This document shows positions 1-9,073 of a DNA stretch of 64,000 bases, one piece after another. Numbering within the stretch: position 1 is the stretch's first letter; every line of letters starts with the position of its first letter. Source of the stretch: a virus (Duplodnaviria; Caudoviricetes); IMG/VR virus record IMGVR_UViG_3300031555_001586, positions 1-64,000 of that record; one strand, written 5' to 3'. A program made the position numbers and the translations under genes. The notes beneath the pieces were generated by a model. It searched no databases, was not told the DNA's origin, and saw only the letters and a list, made by a program, of their open reading frames with translations.

Positions 1-11
1 GCTTTTATGTG

Positions 12-389
12 TTAATAATAATCCCATTCGCCATACTCTTCTCTGTGCCATTCACCAATCTGCTCATCGTGTGCTTCTTTGTAAGATATGGCTTCTTGCA
101 AATTCTCATTGATAATTTTCCAACATGGGGATTTTAATAACGGTTCATAATTTGTTCCTAAATAATTGTTTATAAACAAAATTGTTTTAATTTGCTTCTC
201 AGTAGGCTTATTATAATTCTCTGGAATACTCCACTTATCATTAATCTTTTTAATACTACACTTTTTACAAGTATAAATATCTTTAACAAAATAAATTGGA
301 TAATCTGGTTCATCGCCAGTACAAAATGGATATCCCCAATATCCATCATCTTTATATTCCATTTCTTTGTCACAACAAGGACATTTCAT
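12..389 (-). CDS. hypothetical protein with N-terminal Cys motifs (possible Zn ribbon)
   Basis: 125-aa ORF, CPCC and CKKC motifs, SD AGGTGA upstream, co-oriented with the array. Confidence 0.7.
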   Translation of the reverse strand: MKCPCCDKEMEYKDDGYWGYPFCTGDEPDYPIYFVKDIYTCKKCSIKKINDKWSIPENYNKPTEKQIKTILFINNYLGTNYEPLLKSPCWKIINENLQEAISYKEAHDEQIGEWHREEYGEWDYY

Positions 390-426
390 TATAGTTCACC
401 TACTTTCACCACTTAAAATTTATCTT

Positions 427-675
427 TTAATCTGTTTCATACGGCTCTTTGAGATAATCAAGAATTTCATTTACTAATTCTTTTGGGTCATCACCATTAT
501 CTGCCCAATATGCAATCTCTACAGCCAATTCTTCGTCTGTCATACTACGAATACGGTCTGCGTTAGTATTTGCTACAAAATTTTCACACTCAATATCTAT
601 ACCATTGCAGTATCTCGTCAAAATATGATTTGCATAAATACATATATTATCTCTACACCATTTACAATTTGTCAT
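427..675 (-). CDS. hypothetical phage protein
   Basis: 82-aa ORF; its stop codon lies in a TAAAA-N6-TTTTA site (414-429). Confidence 0.7.
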   Translation of the reverse strand: MTNCKWCRDNICIYANHILTRYCNGIDIECENFVANTNADRIRSMTDEELAVEIAYWADNGDDPKELVNEILDYLKEPYETD

Positions 676-700
676 AATTTCACCATTTAAAATGCCTCTT

Positions 701-1015
701 CTAATTCAAATAAATATCAATATCCTCGCTCATAAAGCAGTAATCAAACTTTGCTTCTTTAACAGTCAGTTTATATTCCCATCCATTTAAATGATGATAA
801 AATATATTATTATTCCAAGTATTATAGTCAAACTTACGAATAATCTTACCACCGCTAAGAATACATACAACACCCCAAGTCTTAGTATTCTTAGCATACC
901 AATCCAAAACTTGTTTAAGAGTGCAACCAGCAGCACCTTCTATATAACCAAAACCGCTTCCCATATCTGACTTCTGAGGTTCTGTGACAATCTTTTTCAT
1001 TATCTTATCCTCCAT
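701..1015 (-). CDS. hypothetical phage protein
   Basis: 104-aa ORF in the minus-strand small-gene array. Confidence 0.7.
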   Translation of the reverse strand: MEDKIMKKIVTEPQKSDMGSGFGYIEGAAGCTLKQVLDWYAKNTKTWGVVCILSGGKIIRKFDYNTWNNNIFYHHLNGWEYKLTVKEAKFDYCFMSEDIDIYLN

Positions 1016-1029
1016 TTAAATTCTACCTT

Positions 1030-1455
1030 TTAATACCAAACTCTATGTACTTCGTGGATACTTTCCAAGCCATCATACTCATCAATTTCCCATTCAACAT
1101 CATCGGGGATTTCAATAACTTTCAAACTGGCACACATACCACTACACTTTCTACTACCATATTCCTCTATAATCGCAATTAAATCGGCATCTTTTCGAAC
1201 ATCATCTCTAAAATATACGATAGTTTCTCTTTCTAAATTATCAGTATAAGCGCCGTGGTCTTTGTTTACACATCTGATAAATAATTCATTCTTAACTTCT
1301 CCATCAATACGCTCGTAAAGGTCTTCTCCATCTCTCCAATTATACTTAACTTGCTTATAGAAATAAGCATTTTGCCCTCTTCGACGAAGTAATTCTCGAT
1401 ATGCAAAAGGAGAAAGACCAAAACCACCATAATCATTATTAATTACAATCTTCAT
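1030..1455 (-). CDS. conserved phage hypothetical protein
   Basis: MKIVIN..YGGFGLS and IEIPDDVEWEIDEYDG.ESIHE resemble a widespread uncharacterised phage family (from recollection); SD GAGG. Confidence 0.75.
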   Translation of the reverse strand: MKIVINNDYGGFGLSPFAYRELLRRRGQNAYFYKQVKYNWRDGEDLYERIDGEVKNELFIRCVNKDHGAYTDNLERETIVYFRDDVRKDADLIAIIEEYGSRKCSGMCASLKVIEIPDDVEWEIDEYDGLESIHEVHRVWY

Positions 1456-1475
1456 ATAACTTTACCTCTTAAAAC

Positions 1476-1868
1476 CTACATTTTATCCGCATACTCTTCT
1501 GGCTCACAATCCCATTGCCAAGACATATCCTTATCAAGTTTCCTATAGAACATCTCATAAATTTCTTGAGCGTGTTTGCAAATCTTCTTATAATTTTCCT
1601 TGTTAAACTTCAATTCCATACCATACCGATTCATACCACTATAACCGCCTTCCATCACATCAAAGAAAATATGCCTTGAATCATCTTCATTATAGGAAAA
1701 CTGACCATATACATAAACAGGAGTATCAAACAATGTAAACTTATATTCGCAATGTTCTTCCGCTTCCCAAGTGTGTCCATTGCAGTCTGTGTGTGTTACC
1801 GTCTTCTTTAGCGGCAATGCTTTAAGCCATTCATATGATGGCAGTTTAAGTTGATTCATATTTTTCAC
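1476..1868 (-). CDS. hypothetical phage protein
   Basis: 130-aa ORF; start overlaps the upstream stop. Confidence 0.7.
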   Translation of the reverse strand: MKNMNQLKLPSYEWLKALPLKKTVTHTDCNGHTWEAEEHCEYKFTLFDTPVYVYGQFSYNEDDSRHIFFDVMEGGYSGMNRYGMELKFNKENYKKICKHAQEIYEMFYRKLDKDMSWQWDCEPEEYADKM

Positions 1869-2101
1869 TTCCTTAAAGACCCCAGAATTTCTTTTCGTCT
1901 TTGCTCGGCTTTATCAATATAATTATTTGGAATAACAACAAGTTCTTCTCCGCAATCTGGACATTCTACAAGCCAAAACAGAGAATGTCCAGTCCCTCTT
2001 TTTCTTTCATCAATTTCTATTACATCACTATCTTCATACGAAAAATAACAATAACATCTTTCACAGAATACTGAATTTGGAATATCAATAATTTTTCTCA
2101 T
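1865..2101 (-). CDS. small Zn-ribbon protein
   Basis: ATG at 2101 with SD-like AAGGAAG; CERC and CPDC motifs. Confidence 0.6.
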   Translation of the reverse strand: MRKIIDIPNSVFCERCYCYFSYEDSDVIEIDERKRGTGHSLFWLVECPDCGEELVVIPNNYIDKAEQRRKEILGSLRK

Positions 2102-2114
2102 ATTTTCCACTTCC

Positions 2115-2300
2115 TTAAAACAGTTTTCTTCCACAAGTCGGACATCTATAGATTGTAAAATTACCAATCTTATAATTCTTTCCGTCTAAATCGCAAGTCA
2201 TATTGGATTCATCGTGTTCATTCTTGAGAATGGTCTGAGTCTTCCATTTATTTTCCACTTCATGCTTTACATATCTGGCATAATCACAGGTACTACACAT
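2115..2300 (-). CDS. small Zn-ribbon protein
   Basis: CSTC...YRCPTCGRKL. Confidence 0.65.
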   Translation of the reverse strand: MCSTCDYARYVKHEVENKWKTQTILKNEHDESNMTCDLDGKNYKIGNFTIYRCPTCGRKLF

Positions 2301-2326
2301 AAATTTTCCACCTTAAAATCACTTTT

Positions 2327-2527
2327 TTAATCGTTTACCTTTTCGCATTTGGCTAAGAAGTTATCGCTAACGAACATTACATCACCTGCGTAAGTTCCGT
2401 TGCCATCGTATACATCCACACCATATTTCATATCTGGTTCTCTAAAATCATTTACATTAACAATTTCGATATTATAGTCCATTCCATTTGTAGAATGTAA
2501 AATATATTTGTCTCCAACCTTAGCCAT
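2327..2527 (-). CDS. hypothetical phage protein
   Basis: 66-aa ORF, SD GGAGGAG, stop within site 2314-2329. Confidence 0.7.
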   Translation of the reverse strand: MAKVGDKYILHSTNGMDYNIEIVNVNDFREPDMKYGVDVYDGNGTYAGDVMFVSDNFLAKCEKVND

Positions 2528-2548
2528 TTAATTCTCCTCCACTTAAAA

Positions 2549-2842
2549 TCAGTCTTCTTCATACATCAATGAGTACAAAGACGGATTATGAATCTTGTTA
2601 TATTCTTTAATCTGATTTAGGTATTCTTCCCAAACTTCTTTGTCCTCTTCTGGAATTTTCCAATTGTCACCCTCTGGGCATCTGCCACACCACATGCAAC
2701 TATATCCATCACAAACCTGTGAGTACTGAGGCATAGGAATGGGCGGATAAAGTTTATCCCATTTCTCTTTCAAAGGATTTTTTGGATACTCTAAAGCAAC
2801 ATCCGTTCCATCCTCATTTACAACATTTAAATATTCATTCAT
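2549..2842 (-). CDS. hypothetical phage protein
   Basis: 97-aa ORF with SD GAGG. Confidence 0.65.
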   Translation of the reverse strand: MNEYLNVVNEDGTDVALEYPKNPLKEKWDKLYPPIPMPQYSQVCDGYSCMWCGRCPEGDNWKIPEEDKEVWEEYLNQIKEYNKIHNPSLYSLMYEED

Positions 2843-2869
2843 AATAAACCTCTTAAAATGCGTCTTTTA

Positions 2870-3103
2870 TTATTCGTAACTATATTGGTCTAAATCAATC
2901 TCAAATTCTTTAGCAAGATAATAAAATGAATTTCTTCCATTTGTTATATAAAGACCAGCATTATTACCGCCATTTCTCTGAAATTCAGACTCTGCGTACT
3001 TGATAACATCTGGTAGAGAATTATACAAGTTTCTAGCCTTTACCAAATGTTCATCAATTTCTTTTATAATTTCTATATATTCATCATTTAAAATGCTCTT
3101 CAT
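2870..3103 (-). CDS. hypothetical phage protein
   Basis: 77-aa ORF in array. Confidence 0.65.
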   Translation of the reverse strand: MKSILNDEYIEIIKEIDEHLVKARNLYNSLPDVIKYAESEFQRNGGNNAGLYITNGRNSFYYLAKEFEIDLDQYSYE

Positions 3104-3131
3104 TTATTTTCCATCCCTTAAAATCCGCAAT

Positions 3132-3413
3132 TTAAAACTCTACATTAAACTTCTTTTCTATATCGCACAGTGCGTATCCTGCTATATCTCTTTCCCAGAT
3201 ATCGCCAGACTTTAATACTTCATGAAAGTCTGGTCTCCACTTAGTATATTTCATCATGTTAATACAACTAAGTATTACTTTAAAACATTCTTCGCACACA
3301 TCTTCGATATATTCATCGTCTGTATTAATAAACAATTCACTATCCCAAATCTTATTTATAGCATTGTCGCTTTTAATTTCTTTTCCGCAAATATCACAAT
3401 GAATCTTTTTCAT
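3132..3413 (-). CDS. hypothetical phage protein
   Basis: 93-aa ORF with CDIC and CEEC motifs; SD GAGG. Confidence 0.65.
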   Translation of the reverse strand: MKKIHCDICGKEIKSDNAINKIWDSELFINTDDEYIEDVCEECFKVILSCINMMKYTKWRPDFHEVLKSGDIWERDIAGYALCDIEKKFNVEF

Positions 3414-3440
3414 ATATACATTTACCTCTTAAAGTTTCTT

Positions 3441-3722
3441 TTACTCCCACACTTCTCTTTTCTGCAAGCAATCCTTGTAGACCTCAGAAGATTCGCATTC
3501 TTTAATATTCAAACTTGCATAGTTGTTATATGCGTCTGCTCCAAAAATCTTTCCGCATACTGGGCATTCAAACTGTGCGTAATAGATTTGATAACTATAT
3601 CTTAAATCTCTCAACCAATCGCCATTGATAATATCTCTTCCATCAAACCACTTCTCGCACTTAGGACATTGCACAGCGATATGTCTAATAGGAGTCGATT
3701 CATATTCCACCCTTACATTCAT
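3441..3722 (-). CDS. Zn-ribbon hypothetical protein
   Basis: CPKC and CPVC pairs; SD GAGG. Confidence 0.65.
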   Translation of the reverse strand: MNVRVEYESTPIRHIAVQCPKCEKWFDGRDIINGDWLRDLRYSYQIYYAQFECPVCGKIFGADAYNNYASLNIKECESSEVYKDCLQKREVWE

Positions 3723-3735
3723 ATGTATTTACCTC

Positions 3736-4503
3736 TTAATCATCAATTTCAACTTCATAGTTCAACATTGCGTTATAGCATTCTTCCGTGATATTGCCGT
3801 TGTCGTACTCAATTTGTGCCACTTGCTTAATAATGTCTTCCTTATAAGGTTTATATCCTAAATAAAACGCTCTTTCAGGAGTAGAATAGCTTCCAAGCTC
3901 TACCGCTTTGTCTAAAAATGGATTGCGACATCTTGCTGCAAACCCATCCTCCGTACAATGAACTCCAATAGGATATTTGCCACGCTCCGCTTCTCGCTTC
4001 AAGAACAAGCAATTAACATTCTGTGGAACAAGCGTGCAAGTTTCTGGTGAATAAATTTTGTTCCTTTTAAATAAAATGTCTTTGTCTATTGCCCATCTCT
4101 TACCGCTAAACCATTTGTCAAAATTGGGTTGGTTATGCAACCATTCGTAAAAGTTGTCATATAACAACCACTCTTCACAACAAGTCGCATGATAATATGA
4201 CGGCTGTATTCTCTTCCGTTCATCATCAAAACATCTTTTAAGCATATCTACCCAAGTTTCATACTCTTTAACATTTTTTCCAACCCACTTAGGATATTTA
4301 TTGCCAATAATGCCAACCCCATATACTGTAGGATAGTAAGGATTCTTTATGCTACCAGATTTAAAATTTCCGTAAATAGTTTTTACCCTCGTCTTATATT
4401 CGTCTTGAAACTCTACGACAATATCACTTGAATTATTGTATTCAACAATCCTCATTAAACAACCTTGATTATTTAATTTTTCCTCGCCTAATCTATCAAC
4501 CAT
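3736..4503 (-). CDS. free-standing HNH-like homing endonuclease
   Basis: W..ML.RC, CEEWLLYDNF..W and IDKDIL...NKIYSPETC.LVP..VN motifs; paralog at 5956-6762. Confidence 0.7.
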   Translation of the reverse strand: MVDRLGEEKLNNQGCLMRIVEYNNSSDIVVEFQDEYKTRVKTIYGNFKSGSIKNPYYPTVYGVGIIGNKYPKWVGKNVKEYETWVDMLKRCFDDERKRIQPSYYHATCCEEWLLYDNFYEWLHNQPNFDKWFSGKRWAIDKDILFKRNKIYSPETCTLVPQNVNCLFLKREAERGKYPIGVHCTEDGFAARCRNPFLDKAVELGSYSTPERAFYLGYKPYKEDIIKQVAQIEYDNGNITEECYNAMLNYEVEIDD

Positions 4504-4535
4504 TCAACCACTCCAAAGTCGATAAAACTTGTATT

Positions 4536-4727
4536 TTAAAATTCCATCTTGCCTACAACATACTTTTCTTCCATGAAATTAAATGCTTTTCTGTCCAGAC
4601 CGCACTCTTCTTTCTTAATCAGAAAAAGTTGCTTTGCCATATAAACATCCATTTCGCTTGCATAAATTCCAATCGGCTCATAATCATCATCAAAAACATG
4701 TCTTGCTTTTAACAACCAAACTTCCAT
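4536..4727 (-). CDS. hypothetical phage protein
   Basis: 63-aa ORF, SD AGGAG, stop within site 4523-4538. Confidence 0.6.
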   Translation of the reverse strand: MEVWLLKARHVFDDDYEPIGIYASEMDVYMAKQLFLIKKEECGLDRKAFNFMEEKYVVGKMEF

Positions 4728-4845
4728 ATGTATCTCCTAAATTTTCCGTTGAACTTGTATTTTTATATAACCTTATCTTTTATACACACCAAAGAAGCAG
4801 GATAGATTTTCCATCTGCTTCGTTTGGTAGTATTATACATTATTT

Positions 4846-5925
4846 TCATGCAGTTGTCAACACATTTTCTTCACTTTTGAAAAATTCTTTATAACTTTCC
4901 TCAAGAGCTTCGTGTCTCGCCATGATAGCTGCGTTTCTTGCAACGCCTCCTGTACTTGCCTCCATATACTTGGTATAAACTTCCGTATCATTTTCAGTTT
5001 TGAAGAAGTTTACAAGCCACTCAGCCATCATAGATTCATTGATATTACTTTCCATGCTATGCTTAATAAATGGTGCAAGAGACACTAAATGAGTCTCAGT
5101 ATAAATCTTTTTAGCAACGTCCTTCTCACGATTACTAATCAATTCATCATGCGCACCAACAACATAGTCAAACACTTTAGCGAGTTCAAGTTTTTCCGCA
5201 TCAGAGATTTTGGTTTGTTCGATTAAAGGATTCAATTCTTTAGAAGCAAAAGAAATATTATCAATGTCCTTATTTAGCATCATCCACACTTTCAAAGAAA
5301 TAATGGCTTGATTCTTAGCTTGACGAGATTTTTCCGTAAGCATTTGATTAAACAGCTCATGTTCTCCAATGCTTAACAATCCCTCAATATCTTTGGAAGA
5401 AGCAAGAGAACGAGCCTTTGGAGAAAGAGGTCTGCCATTATTCAATTTAAGGAATAAAGTTCTTTCTTCTTCTAATGTGAGATTATCAAAGTATACAATG
5501 TTAAAAGTAGCAGTATTTAATATGTCCTGCAAGCCCTCTGGAAGCTCTGAGAACTTCATTCCGCTTATATCTAATGTAACTTCTTCATTCAATTCTTCAT
5601 CGAAATAAATCACTGGAAACAGGTCAGACAGCGCAAATTCATCATTCAAATATTCCTTTATAGTTGAAAGTCTTTGCTTACCATCGACCACAAAATATTT
5701 GTTATTGTTTTTATTTCCGTCTGGGTCAATCTTGCGACTTGCAAACATTTGAGGAACTGGGTAATTTGAGATTATAGACTCAATTAAATTAGATTTCTTT
5801 GCTCTATCCCATACCTTCGGTCTTTGGATGATATGTTCAAAATCAATTTTTCCATTCTTAACCATACTGGATATTTGCTTCGCAGACCAACTAATATTAG
5901 CTTTCTGTAGTGCCATTATAAACAA
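4846..5925 (-). CDS. DUF262 (ParB/Srx-like, GmrS-type) domain protein
   Basis: QRPKVW, LIESII.NYPVP, VVDGKQRLSTI and F.KLNNGRPLS motifs. Confidence 0.8.
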   Translation of the reverse strand: MFIMALQKANISWSAKQISSMVKNGKIDFEHIIQRPKVWDRAKKSNLIESIISNYPVPQMFASRKIDPDGNKNNNKYFVVDGKQRLSTIKEYLNDEFALSDLFPVIYFDEELNEEVTLDISGMKFSELPEGLQDILNTATFNIVYFDNLTLEEERTLFLKLNNGRPLSPKARSLASSKDIEGLLSIGEHELFNQMLTEKSRQAKNQAIISLKVWMMLNKDIDNISFASKELNPLIEQTKISDAEKLELAKVFDYVVGAHDELISNREKDVAKKIYTETHLVSLAPFIKHSMESNINESMMAEWLVNFFKTENDTEVYTKYMEASTGGVARNAAIMARHEALEESYKEFFKSEENVLTTA

Positions 5926-5955
5926 CTCCCTATATTTTTAATTATTATAACTTAC

Positions 5956-6762
5956 TTAGTCAGTAATTTCCACTTCATATCCCATCATAGCATCGTAACA
6001 AGACTTTGTAATATTGCCTTTAGAATATTCCATTTTGGCAACTTGTTTGACTAATTTTTCTTTATGGTTTTTGTATGCACAAAATGCTAGTTTCGGCGTA
6101 CCATAATAGCCCAAATAATCTCTCTCACCAGTAATCGGATTCATACATCTAGCTATAAATCCATCACGATTGTTACACTTTACAACCCCGATAGGTAAAA
6201 CTCCTCTGTGCAAATCATGTTTAACAAATAATTTATTTACATTATATGGAACTAAACAACAAGTGCTTGGAGAATATACTTTGTTGCCTTTAATTAAAAT
6301 ATCTTTATCAATATGCCATCCTTCATTGTTGTACCATTTGTCAAAATTTTCTTGACAATGAAGCCATTCATAAAAATTATCATATAACAACCAATCTTCA
6401 CAACAAGTAACATCTTTATAAGTAGGATATTTTTCTTTTACTTTTTTATCATAACTTCTCAAAAGAATATTCTGCCACGCATCATATTCTTTTACATGTT
6501 TTCCATCGTTCCATGTTGGATATTTATTTCCTGTCATTCCTACACCACAAACAACTGGATAATATGGATTTTTTACATTTCCCCTTTTGAAGTTCGTATA
6601 TTGCGTATGGACTCTCCCTCGATATTCGTCTTGAAATTCTACCACTATATTAACAGCGTCAATATATTCTACAATTTTCATTTTACAACCTTGTTTGTTA
6701 ACACCTTCTTCTCCAAGTCTTTCCGCAATTTGTTTTTCTACAAAACTTGTCCTTCTCCCCAT
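5956..6762 (-). CDS. free-standing HNH-like homing endonuclease (paralog of 3736-4503)
   Basis: Same motif set, e.g. HIDKDILIKGNKVYSPSTCCLVP. Confidence 0.7.
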   Translation of the reverse strand: MGRRTSFVEKQIAERLGEEGVNKQGCKMKIVEYIDAVNIVVEFQDEYRGRVHTQYTNFKRGNVKNPYYPVVCGVGMTGNKYPTWNDGKHVKEYDAWQNILLRSYDKKVKEKYPTYKDVTCCEDWLLYDNFYEWLHCQENFDKWYNNEGWHIDKDILIKGNKVYSPSTCCLVPYNVNKLFVKHDLHRGVLPIGVVKCNNRDGFIARCMNPITGERDYLGYYGTPKLAFCAYKNHKEKLVKQVAKMEYSKGNITKSCYDAMMGYEVEITD

Positions 6763-6806
6763 ATATCTTCCTTTCTCTGCTTATAAATTACCCTAACCTT
6801 CTATCT

Positions 6807-6918
6807 GACCACCGTACATTTTGTACGGTGCTTATATCAAAATTCACCATGACCACCGTACATTTTGTACGGTTTTTTTCCGTTCATACATATAAGTATA
6901 TATTATATATAAGTATAC
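6807..6918. repeat. double-palindrome module A: two ACCGTACA-TTT-TGTACGGT 44 bp apart plus AT-rich tract
   Basis: Palindromes start at 6811 and 6855; inverted copy at 31755-31870. Confidence 0.85.
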
Positions 6919-6951
6919 TATTGGGCAAGCCCAATTTTTCATCGGATTTCC

Positions 6952-7737
6952 TTAGATGAAATCTTTTCCCAAATTTAACTCATTAAATACATCAGCCATT
7001 TCATCATTTGTAATGCCAATATATTTTGCTGTAGTTGCAGTATCTGAATGGTTAAAAATTTTTTGTAAAATAACTAACGCTTTATTTTTATCCTCTGCAT
7101 TATGCCATGCCCAAAATCCAAAAGTTTTACGTAGAGTATGTGAGCATATATTTTTATCTATATTAGCTTCATCAGCAACGTCTTTAATGATTCTTCCTAA
7201 AGAAATTTCTGTAATATGATTATTTCCCTTTCTTGATTTGAACAAATATTCATCCATATTTTCAACTGGATAATCTTTTATATATTCTGTAATCGCTTTC
7301 TTTACAGTTTCATTAAAAAACAGCTTAACAAATTTTCCAGTTTTCTTTGTCTTTTTTGGCTGTAAGCTATAAAATTCTTTAAAAGAACCATCATTATTTA
7401 TAAAGAAATTATAACGTAGGCCACACAAGTCACTTGCACGTATACCCAAATTTATTCCGATTAAGAATAACATTTTGTTCCGACAAGCAATTTGTTTTTT
7501 GTTGTTATTTGTTGCTTCGTTAATATGTTTGTCAAGCACATCAATCATTGCTTTAATTTCTTCTTGAGTAGTAAGCGGATAAACTTCGGAGGACACACCA
7601 GCGGTTTTATTAGGATGTCGTTTATCAATGCTTCCATCCTTATTATATCTAACCTCTGGCTTCTTAGACAACTTTCCATTAACAATAGTAAGGTTTATAA
7701 TATTACTTGTTGAATGTTTTCGAATAGGTAATGCCAT
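6952..7737 (-). CDS. tyrosine recombinase (phage integrase/Xer family)
   Basis: GIRASDL, HTLRKTFG, FNHSD and AKYIG give a complete R-HxxR-H-Y catalytic set. Confidence 0.9.
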   Translation of the reverse strand: MALPIRKHSTSNIINLTIVNGKLSKKPEVRYNKDGSIDKRHPNKTAGVSSEVYPLTTQEEIKAMIDVLDKHINEATNNNKKQIACRNKMLFLIGINLGIRASDLCGLRYNFFINNDGSFKEFYSLQPKKTKKTGKFVKLFFNETVKKAITEYIKDYPVENMDEYLFKSRKGNNHITEISLGRIIKDVADEANIDKNICSHTLRKTFGFWAWHNAEDKNKALVILQKIFNHSDTATTAKYIGITNDEMADVFNELNLGKDFI

Positions 7738-7809
7738 CTTTGACCACCTCTTTTGTTATATCCTTATGGATTTATTATACAATAAAATTTTCAATTTGTC
7801 AAGTAGTTT

Positions 7810-8208
7810 TTATTTGTTATACAAACGTTCATAATATGCTTCAATGCGCTCGTGTTCTTTTTCTAGCTCTTCTGGTGTCAAATTATATTTTCCTTGTTCA
7901 ACCCATTTTTTTACTTGTGAAGCGTTATATTTGTGCAAATCTTCTTTCCACAATAAAGTGTTTTCAATTACAACCTGACCATATTTATTTCTATGTGGCT
8001 CTGGATACTTTTCAGTTACAAGATATTTTCCATTCTGAGCATTTTTAATTTGCTGCTGAACAGATACACCATTCATAACATCTTCATAAATAAGTTCTTT
8101 ATTGCCCCATTGCTCTGCTGTAATAGTAGGACGCATAGCATCTTTAATCGCCTGTACACAAGTACCAATAAGAGATATGCTAAAAAGTGCATCAAACATT
8201 TTAATCAA
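7810..8208 (-). CDS. hypothetical phage protein
   Basis: 132-aa ORF with SD AGGAG. Confidence 0.65.
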   Translation of the reverse strand: MIKMFDALFSISLIGTCVQAIKDAMRPTITAEQWGNKELIYEDVMNGVSVQQQIKNAQNGKYLVTEKYPEPHRNKYGQVVIENTLLWKEDLHKYNASQVKKWVEQGKYNLTPEELEKEHERIEAYYERLYNK

Positions 8209-8600
8209 CTCCTATATTGATTCTTACTACTTGTAATATCCGCATATTCCAAAACAAGATTTCTTTCTGCGTATTTCTTCATAAAAGCTATGATAACATG
8301 CTTTACAAAAAATCCATTTCCCTTGACAGTCTTTTTGAAGTTAACATAAATTTCTTTATTAAATGTGGTATTTAAAGTGTCTTGCTCTGAATCATCATTT
8401 TTCCATTCAAGTATATCATCTGCGCTTAAAAGAAATTTCCCATTCGCATATTGTCTCATGAATGTTTCTAGCATAACGTTTAACGGATATCCTTGTTCCT
8501 TACAATAATCTTTAAATGCGTCAAATACTTCTTTATTTACCTTTGTATTCAATGCAGTTGTTTCTACACGCTGTACATCTCTCTTAATAAATCCACCCAT
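8205..8600 (-). CDS. tandem ribbon-helix-helix DNA-binding protein
   Basis: Two repeats, LNTKVNKEVFDAFKDYCKEQG and LNTTFNKEIYVNFKKTVKGNG, with an RHH-like pattern. Confidence 0.6.
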   Translation of the reverse strand: MGGFIKRDVQRVETTALNTKVNKEVFDAFKDYCKEQGYPLNVMLETFMRQYANGKFLLSADDILEWKNDDSEQDTLNTTFNKEIYVNFKKTVKGNGFFVKHVIIAFMKKYAERNLVLEYADITSSKNQYRS

Positions 8601-8654
8601 TTTAAATCACTCCATTATACTTATTATCTATTCCTCAACTATATTTTATCATGT

Positions 8655-8954
8655 TCAACAGTAATAATCAAACTCATATAGTCCACCACTAGCGTTTACA
8701 TATTCTTCTACGTCGGGAACATGAATCATCAAGCTATCTTTCGCATCTTCAAATGCAAAATATCCGTTTTCAACAACATCTTCATCGTATTCATAATGTG
8801 CAAGAATCATATTAATAAGATTTTCCATTGTGGTTTCAACTTCATAATTCTTGCTTCTAATCCATACAGCCATATAATCCATATCGCACCATTTTTCTTT
8901 TGGATACTTGCTATAATCTTCTTCTTCATACCAGTTACCATACCAATCTACCAT
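8655..8954 (-). CDS. acidic hypothetical protein
   Basis: 99-aa D/E/Y-rich ORF with SD AGGAGG and its own promoter. Confidence 0.7.
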   Translation of the reverse strand: MVDWYGNWYEEEDYSKYPKEKWCDMDYMAVWIRSKNYEVETTMENLINMILAHYEYDEDVVENGYFAFEDAKDSLMIHVPDVEEYVNASGGLYEFDYYC

Positions 8955-9073
8955 TATGATTACCTCCTATGTTGTATTTGTTTATAACCTTATTTCTTAT
9001 CTTTATTATATTATATCACATAAAACTTATTTGTCAAGTAGTTTTAAGAAGAAATAGGAAGAATAACTTCCTA

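Noticed and set aside
6952-7737. Prophage integrase with an attachment junction
   Set aside because: No host genes, tRNA-derived att core or composition break on either side
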